In this document: positions 50,513 to 59,871 of the stretch, piece after piece | How the letters are laid out: each line of letters starts with the position of its first letter | How positions within the stretch are numbered: the stretch's first letter is position 1 | Source of the DNA: Pseudomonas phage HPP-Temi | Length of the DNA: 64,000 nucleotides | Reading direction: 5' to 3' (one strand) | Sequence record: PP968062.1 | Notes under the pieces: generated by a model | What the model was told of the DNA's origin: nothing | What the model saw: only the letters and a program-made list of their open reading frames with translations | Database searches by the model: none | Translations under genes and position numbers: made by a program

Positions 50513-50923
50513 ATGAGCCTTATTAGCAGATTCTTGAGGCTGGAAGAAAACCCGTTCAAGTTGTTCTGGATGTATATCTGGAAACACTTGGATAACGGCT
50601 TCAAACGGATGTGCGTAATGGCGTCATTGCATGCCGCACTGGTGCAGTGTCGCGATCACGAATGCGAGCGGATATCTTCGCTTAATTCAGTGATGCGTCT
50701 TGTGAGGGATGAAAGCGCCTTACGCCTACCAACGTTATTTGGACCCTACGTTTGGAAAGGCATCCTCCCTATCGAGAAGGTTGATCTTGAATCTGACAAG
50801 TACTTCGAAAGGATCGCTCGAAAGACTCCCTGCTGGCTTCTTTATACAGACAAGGAAACTTTCGTAAATGAACTTAAGCAATTGGTACACCATTGCATGA
50901 AGGAACGACAGGCGACAGCTTAA
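50513..50923 (+). CDS. hypothetical protein (136 aa)
   Basis: ORF. Confidence 0.45.
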   Translation: MSLISRFLRLEENPFKLFWMYIWKHLDNGFKRMCVMASLHAALVQCRDHECERISSLNSVMRLVRDESALRLPTLFGPYVWKGILPIEKVDLESDKYFERIARKTPCWLLYTDKETFVNELKQLVHHCMKERQATA

Positions 50924-50926
50924 CGG

Positions 50927-50958
50927 CATAAAGCCCCACCTACGGGTGGGGCAATATG
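50927..50958. terminator. bidirectional hairpin terminator (CATAAAG family)
   Basis: taacggcataaa-gccccacc-tac-ggtggggc-aatatg, between convergent ends 50923 and 50991. Confidence 0.65.
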
Positions 50959-50990
50959 TTGTCTTAGGTAAAAGAATAGTGACAGCTTAA

Positions 50991-52004
50991 TTAAAGCTCA
51001 CGGAGTTGCTTTTCAGTGGCAGCCAGTACGTTGTTGGTTTCGATGATGCGTGTCATCTGAATGGAATACCATTCAACCCACTTAGCAACCTGGGTAAGTT
51101 CTTCGGACATCATCTTAGCGAATTCACTAGATGTCTTAACATCGCCGTCTTTACCGATACGTTCCATTAGTGCAGTTACGGTTTGGCTCAGAGCCTCTAC
51201 TGCACCCTTAACGGTGGATGTATCGCCACCTTTAAGGATAGAGTTGATTTCGAACATGTGCTGTTCAGATTCAACGAAATCATTCAGAGAGCTATACAGC
51301 TTACCGAAAGAAGCAGTCGATTGACGGTTAGCAGCAAAGAACTGAGCATCAGCTTTGATTAGCTGATCGATCGAATGATCAATATCGATACCGTATTGGA
51401 AGTCACGGCGTTCAGCACGATCTTCCGGAGTAGTTAGATAGTGACCAAAGCGTGCAGTTGCAGGCTTGATTACTTTCTCTACTACTTGAGCCATTACCTG
51501 AGCACGGCCAACCAAACCAGCGGTATAAGGGAGCATCTCACCTTTAAAGCCAGTCGGCTGAGGAACGATTTCTTTCTCTACTTCGAAGTAATCCAGAGTT
51601 ACAACGAAACCTTTCATGGAGAGAGGGTTCAGTGGTAGTAGGGGGTCGTAGTTCCACGTAGTCAGATAGCGGAAACCATCTTTGATATGGACACCCATGT
51701 TGGATACTTTACGAGAGAACCAGTTAGACACGTTACCGATGTAACCAGCTTCGGTGGAAATAGTACCGAGGGCATCGAATAGTTTGTCTGTAGGAGTTTG
51801 GTCGATCGGGAGAGCTTCAGTCTCCGGAGTCTGTTCCGCAGCTTGAGGACTACCTTCAGTGAAGAACTTGTTTTGAGAGCTATCAAAGATAACATCATCA
51901 GTCTGGATGTTTTCGTTGGAAGGCTTCTCAGCGTATTTGTTAATAAAACTATTTAGCATGGCTGTTTTCCTATGGTGTACAAGAGTTGCGAATTCTCTAA
52001 ACAT
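50991..52004 (-). CDS. hypothetical protein (337 aa)
   Basis: ORF. The only minus-strand gene in this block. Confidence 0.5.
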   Translation of the reverse strand: MFREFATLVHHRKTAMLNSFINKYAEKPSNENIQTDDVIFDSSQNKFFTEGSPQAAEQTPETEALPIDQTPTDKLFDALGTISTEAGYIGNVSNWFSRKVSNMGVHIKDGFRYLTTWNYDPLLPLNPLSMKGFVVTLDYFEVEKEIVPQPTGFKGEMLPYTAGLVGRAQVMAQVVEKVIKPATARFGHYLTTPEDRAERRDFQYGIDIDHSIDQLIKADAQFFAANRQSTASFGKLYSSLNDFVESEQHMFEINSILKGGDTSTVKGAVEALSQTVTALMERIGKDGDVKTSSEFAKMMSEELTQVAKWVEWYSIQMTRIIETNNVLAATEKQLREL

Positions 52005-52061
52005 AAAATTACTCTCAATATCAATAAAGTGATTGGCTAATCACTAAAAAAGGTAATATCA

Positions 52062-53501
52062 ATGTTCGCGAAACACTTCCAACGTCCGGCCTTCCGTCCG
52101 GCGATCAACATCGGTTGTTTGATGGATGTCTCTACCGGTAAATATGAACAAGGTAAGCACGGTGAGATGATCTGCAACGGCGGCCTTGGTCCAATGACTG
52201 GTATCGCTTCCCGTCCTAACAACTTTAAAACAGCCCTGGCTGTTTATATGCTGGCGATGGTTCGTCGGGCAATGCCTGGTTCTCACGGCATGATCTATGA
52301 TACGGAGGGTACTCTTAACCCGGTGGCTCGTTTCAGTAGCCTGGCTGAACAGTTTAGCGATCTCCAGAAGATCGATTGGGAACACGATGAACAATTCATG
52401 TTCACTGACCTTTCTCGCTATACTGGTGACGAGTTCTTCAAACTCTTCCGTACTGCTCTGGGTGAGAAAGAGAAAGCAGAGAAAGAATATCAACGCACTA
52501 CTCCGTTCCTTGACGTTGAAGGTAACAATAAGAAGTGCATGTATCCGACTACTGGTCTGATCGATAGCTTTTCTAAGTTCATCGTTACTGCTGTTTCGGA
52601 TATGTACGAAAAGAACGCCATTGGTGCTTCCGGTAACAACACCGACGCAATGACCAACGGTAAGGCAAAGAACCAGCTGTTCAACCAACTGCCTCAGGTA
52701 TGTGCTAAGACTGGTACTTACATCGTACTGACTGCACACACTGGTGACATCATCCAAATGGAGATGTACCCGACTGACAAACGTAACCTTTCTCACATGA
52801 AGAAAGATACCGTTCTGAAAGGTGTGAGCTCTGGCTTCTACTCGCTACCTAACAACGTGTTCTCTATCGAATCGAATAAGCCTCTGATCAACAAAGAGAA
52901 GATGCCGCTGTATCCGATCGATAACTCCACGGCTATGGAAGGTGACACTGACCTTAAGATCCTCGAAGTAATGAACCTTCGTGGTAAAGGTGGTATCACT
53001 GGTCTTCCATTCCACATCGTGGTATCGCAGACTGAAGGTGTACTCCCGTCACTGACCGAGTTCCACTACTGCAAAGAGAATGGTTGGGGTATTGGCGGTA
53101 ACCTGCTGAACTACTACATTGAACTCTGTCCGGATATCAAGCTTAGTCGTACCACTGTACGTAAGAAGCTGATGGAAAATGAATCTCTTCGTCGCGCTGT
53201 TGAAATTCAATCTGAGATGCTTCAACTGATTCAGTTCCAACGTTGGACAGCTGAAGACGTGTGCGATCCGAAGACACTGTACGAAGATCTGAAAGCAATG
53301 GGTTACGATTGGGATAATATCCTGACCAATACTCGTGGCTATTGGATGTGTGAAGAAGACGAAGCTCTCACTGAGAAGAAGTTCCTCTCCACCTACGATC
53401 TTCTGCGCATGCGTACCGGTGATTACAAACCTTACTGGATGACCGATGATGAACGTGCTAAAATTATTCCGCTGGATCTGGCCAAAGCCAAAGCAGCCTA
53501 A
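52062..53501 (+). CDS. UvsX/RecA-family recombinase-like protein (479 aa)
   Basis: GGLGPMTGIASRPNNFKTALAVYML matches T4 UvsX GGMQSGLLILAGPSKSFKSNFGLTMV. YDTEGTLNP matches FYDSEFGITP. LIDSF matches the Walker-B FIDSL. Confidence 0.65.
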   Translation: MFAKHFQRPAFRPAINIGCLMDVSTGKYEQGKHGEMICNGGLGPMTGIASRPNNFKTALAVYMLAMVRRAMPGSHGMIYDTEGTLNPVARFSSLAEQFSDLQKIDWEHDEQFMFTDLSRYTGDEFFKLFRTALGEKEKAEKEYQRTTPFLDVEGNNKKCMYPTTGLIDSFSKFIVTAVSDMYEKNAIGASGNNTDAMTNGKAKNQLFNQLPQVCAKTGTYIVLTAHTGDIIQMEMYPTDKRNLSHMKKDTVLKGVSSGFYSLPNNVFSIESNKPLINKEKMPLYPIDNSTAMEGDTDLKILEVMNLRGKGGITGLPFHIVVSQTEGVLPSLTEFHYCKENGWGIGGNLLNYYIELCPDIKLSRTTVRKKLMENESLRRAVEIQSEMLQLIQFQRWTAEDVCDPKTLYEDLKAMGYDWDNILTNTRGYWMCEEDEALTEKKFLSTYDLLRMRTGDYKPYWMTDDERAKIIPLDLAKAKAA

Positions 53502-53577
53502 GGAAGGGGTCGTAATAGTCGACCCTATCCCGTCTGACCGAAGTCAACTAGGTTCTATTCACGATGCAGTTCCTCAT

Positions 53578-53850
53578 ATGCAGGAACTAGGCATTAATGA
53601 TCATAGCGATCTGATGGTGGATTCGAAACAGAACGATTGGTACAGTCGTTACAGAAACAGTCCGCAATACCAGCCAGTTATTGCACCACTGATCACGAGA
53701 CGTCCTATAACGCATCAGGGAGGCCGTGGATACGCTTCTGGACGCGGAGCTGAGGATTTGGACCTGAGTGACACAGTCTTTTCTGTAGAGGTCGCTGCGG
53801 CCCTTACCACTGATAGTAGTTCTCCCAGTGATTCTACTAGCTATGATTAA
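53578..53850 (+). CDS. questionable small ORF (90 aa)
   Basis: In-frame ATG without SD. The alternative minus-strand ORF looks like junk. Confidence 0.2.
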   Translation: MQELGINDHSDLMVDSKQNDWYSRYRNSPQYQPVIAPLITRRPITHQGGRGYASGRGAEDLDLSDTVFSVEVAAALTTDSSSPSDSTSYD

Positions 53851-53863
53851 CAACATAGACGGG

Positions 53864-53879
53864 AGCTCGCGCTCCCTCT
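53864..53879. terminator. short hairpin
   Basis: Stem gggagc/gctccc with loop tcgc, then tctatg. Confidence 0.35.
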
Positions 53880-53898
53880 ATGCCAAGTAGGTATCCCA

Positions 53899-54246
53899 AT
53901 GAACGTCTATACTTATCAAATCGCTAAATGGCGAAAGGTTAGACGGAAGCACATCTTTCCCTTGGATACAACTATAAAGAGTGGCGAAGAGCTATTAGCC
54001 CCTACCTGGAATATGGTAATGGGCCATAAAGCCGGAACGATCACTGACGAACAATACGAGGAGGTCTATATGGACCTTCTTGCCGAACGCTACGTAGCGT
54101 TCCCAGATTACTTCGAGTGGCTAACTGGGTTGGAAGAGGTTGCACTAGGATGTTACTGTCCAGCCGGAAAGTTCTGCCACCGACATTTGCTTGTTAAATT
54201 CTTAAAAGAAATAGTAGAGGTAAACTACCTAGGCGAAATAGAGTAG
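53899..54246 (+). CDS. small Cys/His-motif protein (115 aa; GCYCPAGKFCHRH)
   Basis: ORF with a putative zinc-binding cluster near the C-terminus. Confidence 0.45.
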   Translation: MNVYTYQIAKWRKVRRKHIFPLDTTIKSGEELLAPTWNMVMGHKAGTITDEQYEEVYMDLLAERYVAFPDYFEWLTGLEEVALGCYCPAGKFCHRHLLVKFLKEIVEVNYLGEIE

Positions 54247-54267
54247 TTACCTGATCAGGAAATTCCC

Positions 54268-54588
54268 ATGACTAACACCATTGATTACCGCGCTGTTATT
54301 TTCCAGCGTACTCGTGCCGTTGACGTTGAGGTTGCAGAGGATCTGTACCGACGTATGCCTGTTATCACCGATCTGGCAAACCTTAACCAGTTCTTCCATT
54401 TACTGTTGGCTCAATACAAGATCAACACTTTGGAACTACGGTGCACTCTTAACGAAGTGAATGACTTTGAAGTGTGGTGGCGGAATTTCTCCACTAACTT
54501 CATTCCTCTCTTCCGTAAGAAGCGCCTCCCTCCCTGTACTGATACCGCAGCGATGCCCATGTATCACTGCGAGTCTAAATCAATCTGA
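54268..54588 (+). CDS. hypothetical protein (106 aa)
   Basis: ORF. Confidence 0.45.
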   Translation: MTNTIDYRAVIFQRTRAVDVEVAEDLYRRMPVITDLANLNQFFHLLLAQYKINTLELRCTLNEVNDFEVWWRNFSTNFIPLFRKKRLPPCTDTAAMPMYHCESKSI

Positions 54589-54617
54589 GTAATCGTATGC
54601 TCTTTTGATTTATAGAG

Positions 54618-55298
54618 GTGATCATGAAGCCCAATCGTAAAGTCCTTGAACAAGAGATTCTCTATTTCATCGACATGTTCCGACCTGGGAGTGAAAACGT
54701 TAAGATCTATCAGGAACTCTTTGATCGTTACTCGGACGAAGAGTTCTTTGAATGGATGGAACGTTTAGAGGCTGGCGAAGTACTGGCTCTCTATGCTCCC
54801 AACCTAGAAGAACCAACTCTGAGCATTGCACAGAACTATAAAGTCGCTGATGCCCTTGGATTTGAGCTCTTCCAACACCTGATCCTAACTGACCCAGGTA
54901 CTGGTCAAGTATATAAGACTCAGAATAAACACCTTGTCGGTATGGTGCCTCTGCGTCGACAAGTACAGATGCTAGCTAAGAAGGCTTCTATTCCCGGCTC
55001 TAACACGGTCGTGGATGAACGTTCTGGTCAAGCGACTGGTGACAGTAAGGGTGCACGACTATCCGCTCCAGAGATCCAGGTTAACGCCTCTAAAGGTCTT
55101 AACAACATGGTTCTTGAACTTATTAAGTTCCGTGGTGGCGACGAGAAGGCGTACAACGCCATGAACCGTTCTATCATTGAAACTGGTGAAGCCTCTCTGG
55201 ATTCTATTATGGCTGAGACGCCTTCGCAAGTTAAGTCTAACAAGACCATGTCTGTCTATCTGAAGGCTATGCACTTGCAGAACAACCTCGTGGGGTAA
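54618..55298 (+). CDS. hypothetical protein (226 aa)
   Basis: ORF. Confidence 0.5.
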   Translation: MIMKPNRKVLEQEILYFIDMFRPGSENVKIYQELFDRYSDEEFFEWMERLEAGEVLALYAPNLEEPTLSIAQNYKVADALGFELFQHLILTDPGTGQVYKTQNKHLVGMVPLRRQVQMLAKKASIPGSNTVVDERSGQATGDSKGARLSAPEIQVNASKGLNNMVLELIKFRGGDEKAYNAMNRSIIETGEASLDSIMAETPSQVKSNKTMSVYLKAMHLQNNLVG

Positions 55299-55300
55299 CA

Positions 55301-55777
55301 ATGGCTATTAACAATCCAGAAGCAGGTATTAGCGAAGTATTGCAGAATGCCCTAGGGGTTGCTATTAGTGAACTGGTATCTGTCGATGACTCTTTAGTTG
55401 TTGCACAGATCCTAGAGCATATTAGCGAACTTCGAAACAACATGATGATCTCCAGTTTTAACGATCGAGTTATCATCAATCAGATTTGGAGCGGTATCCG
55501 TTCTAAGCAAGATGTACTAGGTAGCTTACTGTCTACTGTTACGACCTTCACCATGGAGATCGAGAACGTAGATGTAGCTATTGAATATCTCTGTAAACGA
55601 ATCGTACCGTTTACTCCAGATTCGGCAATGGTTGACCGTGAACTACTGGGTAAGGCTGCTAATGTAGACGAGCTCTATGGTACGTTCCAACAGAATCATT
55701 GGTTGTTCTTCCTTGTGTATGCTTCTACACAACTTCGCCATGTTAACAACATTATTGCACAGGCGAAAATAGCATGA
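55301..55777 (+). CDS. hypothetical protein (158 aa)
   Basis: ORF, 4-nt overlap with the next gene. Confidence 0.5.
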   Translation: MAINNPEAGISEVLQNALGVAISELVSVDDSLVVAQILEHISELRNNMMISSFNDRVIINQIWSGIRSKQDVLGSLLSTVTTFTMEIENVDVAIEYLCKRIVPFTPDSAMVDRELLGKAANVDELYGTFQQNHWLFFLVYASTQLRHVNNIIAQAKIA

Positions 55778-56535
55778 TCAAACGTATTCTGGTTCCTCTT
55801 GATGTATTACTCGACACTCGTTTGGGTGTCATGCGTACGCTTAACAAGGAGGCAGCAGAACGATTGGTTTCCACAAAGGAATATTGGCTTCGTGAAAATG
55901 ACGACTGGACTGCCTTAACAGGCGGTCTAGTTACCACGGAGCAATTCAAAGAAGCTTATGCTGATCGTGGTGGGGATAACTCCGCTGATACTATCAACGC
56001 TTCTATCCTAACAGGTATCAGTCCGTTCTTGATGCGTATCCTTGCAGAAGACCATGTAAACAGAATGGATAACATGGGTAACCCTGAAGACGAGATTGGT
56101 TTAACCATTAACGTCTGGCCGTATAAACTCCCTGGAGATGTTGTCGATGATCTAGAGACAATTATCCAAGAGATCTATGGTGAGGAAATGCCCGTCGAAG
56201 TGGTTAGTCATCCTCTAGAGGAACTTACTCCTAAATTTCTGGATGCTCTCTACTCAATGTATCTTACTTATGATTTCCATGAGTGGATGCATACGCATTA
56301 TCTGGCTCTGTCTCAAGTACAGATGCCATGCTTTAACTTTATCGGACCTAAGCTATTCGAACGTGATGTTAGTAAACTCACCGTAGAAGAGAAGAAATTC
56401 GAACTATTCAAGTTCCGTGTTGAACGTTTGATTCATATGGACTTTGAATTCATTGATGCTAAATATTTCTCTATGTTAAGGCCCGGAGAAAATGGTATCG
56501 AGTTAGAACAAGACGACATAAAAGCCCAGGGTTGA
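55774..56535 (+). CDS. hypothetical protein (253 aa)
   Basis: ORF. Its stop codon lies inside the terminator hairpin. Confidence 0.5.
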   Translation: MIKRILVPLDVLLDTRLGVMRTLNKEAAERLVSTKEYWLRENDDWTALTGGLVTTEQFKEAYADRGGDNSADTINASILTGISPFLMRILAEDHVNRMDNMGNPEDEIGLTINVWPYKLPGDVVDDLETIIQEIYGEEMPVEVVSHPLEELTPKFLDALYSMYLTYDFHEWMHTHYLALSQVQMPCFNFIGPKLFERDVSKLTVEEKKFELFKFRVERLIHMDFEFIDAKYFSMLRPGENGIELEQDDIKAQG

Positions 56536-56551
56536 TCCCTGGGCTTTATGC
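56517..56551. terminator. bidirectional hairpin terminator (CATAAAG family)
   Basis: cataaaa-gcccaggg-ttgatc-ccctgggc-tttatg, between convergent ends 56535 and 56560. Confidence 0.65.
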
Positions 56552-56559
56552 CGCTATTA

Positions 56560-59500
56560 TTAGTAGCCAGCACCTTTGGCACCGATCCATTCACTACCAT
56601 CCCACAGAAGGGTGATGACAGTTTTGGTGGCGGCCAGTTCAGGAGCAGTCGAATCATTCCACTTGAACTTACCGGTGAAGGTAGGCATTACAGCACCTGC
56701 CAGTACCAGTACAGCTGTGACCATACGACCAGTCGGACCATCGGCCAGAGTGATTGCACGTTGAGCAGAAGCATCGACGTTGTAGCACTGTTGGTTAGCC
56801 GGAGTCAGGGTGAATGCTGCGTTTACCGAAGAAGTCTTCAGGCTGTAGGTGTCGAAACCTTTAGTGATTTCTACCCAAGCAGAAGTACCAGCAGCGGTAG
56901 TCTGACGACCGAAGACCTTAGTAGCGTCAACAGCCGGTTCCGGAATGGTTACCAGTTCTTTCCACTCGCCTTTGGAACGAGTGTAGTTCTTGGCATCCGG
57001 AGCATCCGCAGCGATGATTGCAGCAGGTACTTCTACCCAGCTGGACACGCCAGCAACAGTAGTCTTACGAGCGTACAGTTTGTCATCGTTAGCGGTTTCA
57101 GGAACTACAGCAGCCCAAGCACCGTCTTTACGAGCGTATGCCTTACCATCACTTGCGGCGTCTTTGAAGATTTCAGTCTCAACCCAAGACTTAGTACCTT
57201 TCAGTACGAAGAACTTGTTCTCGTCGTTACCAGTCGGATTCGGGGCAGCGGGTACCCAAGAACCTTTAGAACGAGAGAAGACACCAGTGGCAGCAGCAAC
57301 GTCTTCAACTACAGCAATGCCGAGTTCGAACGGAGCCCACTCAGTAGTACCGTCAGCTTTACCTTTACGAACGTATTGTTCGCCTTCAGCAGCAGCTTCA
57401 ACTTCGTCTACGAGTAGCGGAGCCCAACCCATCTGGTAACGGACCATCTTCTTGTTCTGGTCGACGGTTTCTACTTCAGCAACCGGTACGTCCAGCAGTT
57501 GGATGAACTCTTTCCAGCCTTGAGCATCGCGATACCAAACCTTACCGGATTTGTCCAAGCACCAGTCGTCTTGTACACCGATAGTGTTGTTCGGGGTGTC
57601 TACGCCTTGCGGCAGAATTACCCAACGGGAACCTTTGTCACCCTTAGCACCTTGGATACCACGAGGACCAACGATACCCTGATCACCCTTATCGCCTTTC
57701 TCACCTTTAGCACCAACAGTGAAGCTACCCAGGTTCAGGTACTTCTCAGTGTCATCGGCACCATCAACAGCCCACACGTAAAGTTCTTTCGAACCTTCCG
57801 GACCTACAGAGTAAGCGTTACCTACTGTGTTAGTCGGATGTGCTGTTTTCAGAGCGGCTTCAGTCGGGTAGTCACCCATGATCTTGATGCCTTGGCCAAT
57901 TTCGCCTTGGTCACCTTTGATACCCTGAGGACCATCATCACCCTTCGGACCCTGGATGTTGAACGGACCGTCGTAGGTATTCGTCGAGCGGTTAGCTACG
58001 TAGATTACCTTAACAGTGTCATCACCTTGGATCTCGGAAACGATGTAGGCTTCGCCGTCAGCAGGATCGGTTTCACCAGCTACCAGTTCAGGTAGTTGAG
58101 ATACATCACCAACTTCACCAACGATACGCATGGATTGACCACGCTCACCTTGGTCACCTTTCTGACCGATAGGGCCTGCGGAAACGAACTGGGTACCGCT
58201 AACGTTTACGTAGACATCACCACCTTTAACAACAACGGCTTTACCTTTGTTGTCAGCCGAAGCCGGAGGTACTTCTTCTACGGTGTTAACGATGGCGATA
58301 ATCTCGAAGTTCTCACCTGGATCACCCTTAGGACCTGCGTCGCCAGTATCACCTTTCGAGCCGGCATCACCTTTGTCCCCTTTATCACCCTTGTCGCCTT
58401 TCGCACCAGTGTGAGTACCAAGGTCAACCCAGACACCATCGATGAACATGTAGAGGTGGCGGTTATCAGCAGCTACCCAAGCTTCCTGTTCTTGCGGATC
58501 CGGAATTGCTTGGATTGCAGCCAGGTCAGCCAGTACGCCGGAGATTACAAGGTTCTTACCACCGTCACCGGTGTCACCTTTATCCCCTTTCAGACCAGTA
58601 TCACCCTTGTCACCTTTATCCCCTTTGTCGCCTTTCTCACCCTTGAACTGGCCAAGGTTGATCAGGTCGCCTTCGGAAGCAACGGGAGTTTTGGAAACGT
58701 AGTACAGAGTGTTAACGTCACGGACAGCGTAGGCTTTCTTGATAACAAGAGTAGAGCCAGCAGCCAGCAGGTCAGTCATGGTCGGATAGGTACCGAGGAT
58801 TTCCAGGTTTTCACCAGGAGCACCATCGACACCGTTGGCACCAGGCTCACCCGGATCACCTTTATCGCCCTTGTCACCTTTAGGACCGTCGCCACCAAGG
58901 ACGCCGTCTTCACCCTTATCACCCTTCGGACCTTGCCAGGTACCCAGGTCCATCCACTTGTTCTCGTCTACGGAGAACACGAACAGATGACGAACACCTT
59001 CTACCATTACGGAGTAGGCTTCTTCGGGTTTGGAATCACCAGCCAGGGGAAGATCACCTACGGAAGCCAGGTCAGCTTTGATGGTGAACGGTGTGGCATC
59101 TTTACCGGGGTTACCGGTATCGCCTTTCAGACCCTTATCGCCTTTATCGCCCTTGTCACCAGTATCACCTTTAGGACCCTGGGGACCCTGCGGTACGATC
59201 TGAATGTATGCGTAGTTGTCCGGGAAGATATCCTCTTCACCAGCTTTCAGCATGAAGGTGTAAAGAGCGTTCTTCCAACCATAGGTATCGCCTTTGGCGG
59301 CCAGCGGAGGCAGTTCTTGGTTGTCGGGCCATTGACCACGGATAACCAGACCAGTACCTTCCGGTCCACGCATATCACCGGAGTTAATCCACTGACCTTT
59401 ATCCGGCGAACCAGATTCAGGAGCAGACCAAACCATCAGGACGGTGTCAGTAGCGCCACGGACGAACCAAGCATCACCGAATTCCCAAGTATCGATGGGA

Positions 59501-59871
59501 GCAATGTTGGTATCGAAGTCGTCTTTAGTTACGGTACTTTTGATATTGGTAACAGGGCCCGGTTCACCCGGATCACCTTGCAGACCAGTATCACCTTTAG
59601 CGCCGTCTTCGCCTTTCAGCGATTCCAGCCACTCGGCTTCTGTACCTTGATAACCGGCATCAACTGCCAGTTGGAATGCGGATTTACCATCCGCACCGTC
59701 GTCACCTTTCAGACCTTCAATTTCTGTCGGATCTTTAAAAGTGGTAGCCAGGCCAGCCCCGGTCGAAACCGGGATCTTGCCTGCAACTACCGCAAGAGGA
59801 TCGTCCTCGGTCGAAATACGCTTAGGTAGTTCACCGTTAACGAAAATTTCAAATGCGGATTCACCAGCCAT
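56560..59871 (-). CDS. collagen-like tail fibre protein (1103 aa)
   Basis: Dozens of G-X-Y triplets such as KGDTGDKGDKGDKG, one SAFQLAVDAGYQGTEAEWLESLKG repeat near the N-terminus, and a non-repetitive C-terminal region of about 300 aa. Confidence 0.8.
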   Translation of the reverse strand: MAGESAFEIFVNGELPKRISTEDDPLAVVAGKIPVSTGAGLATTFKDPTEIEGLKGDDGADGKSAFQLAVDAGYQGTEAEWLESLKGEDGAKGDTGLQGDPGEPGPVTNIKSTVTKDDFDTNIAPIDTWEFGDAWFVRGATDTVLMVWSAPESGSPDKGQWINSGDMRGPEGTGLVIRGQWPDNQELPPLAAKGDTYGWKNALYTFMLKAGEEDIFPDNYAYIQIVPQGPQGPKGDTGDKGDKGDKGLKGDTGNPGKDATPFTIKADLASVGDLPLAGDSKPEEAYSVMVEGVRHLFVFSVDENKWMDLGTWQGPKGDKGEDGVLGGDGPKGDKGDKGDPGEPGANGVDGAPGENLEILGTYPTMTDLLAAGSTLVIKKAYAVRDVNTLYYVSKTPVASEGDLINLGQFKGEKGDKGDKGDKGDTGLKGDKGDTGDGGKNLVISGVLADLAAIQAIPDPQEQEAWVAADNRHLYMFIDGVWVDLGTHTGAKGDKGDKGDKGDAGSKGDTGDAGPKGDPGENFEIIAIVNTVEEVPPASADNKGKAVVVKGGDVYVNVSGTQFVSAGPIGQKGDQGERGQSMRIVGEVGDVSQLPELVAGETDPADGEAYIVSEIQGDDTVKVIYVANRSTNTYDGPFNIQGPKGDDGPQGIKGDQGEIGQGIKIMGDYPTEAALKTAHPTNTVGNAYSVGPEGSKELYVWAVDGADDTEKYLNLGSFTVGAKGEKGDKGDQGIVGPRGIQGAKGDKGSRWVILPQGVDTPNNTIGVQDDWCLDKSGKVWYRDAQGWKEFIQLLDVPVAEVETVDQNKKMVRYQMGWAPLLVDEVEAAAEGEQYVRKGKADGTTEWAPFELGIAVVEDVAAATGVFSRSKGSWVPAAPNPTGNDENKFFVLKGTKSWVETEIFKDAASDGKAYARKDGAWAAVVPETANDDKLYARKTTVAGVSSWVEVPAAIIAADAPDAKNYTRSKGEWKELVTIPEPAVDATKVFGRQTTAAGTSAWVEITKGFDTYSLKTSSVNAAFTLTPANQQCYNVDASAQRAITLADGPTGRMVTAVLVLAGAVMPTFTGKFKWNDSTAPELAATKTVITLLWDGSEWIGAKGAGY

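Noticed and set aside
57600-59200. Periodic short DNA repeats that could be mistaken for a CRISPR array.
   Set aside because: They have a 9-nt period inside an ORF and encode Gly-X-Y triplets. There are no 28-37-nt direct repeats with unique spacers and no cas genes.
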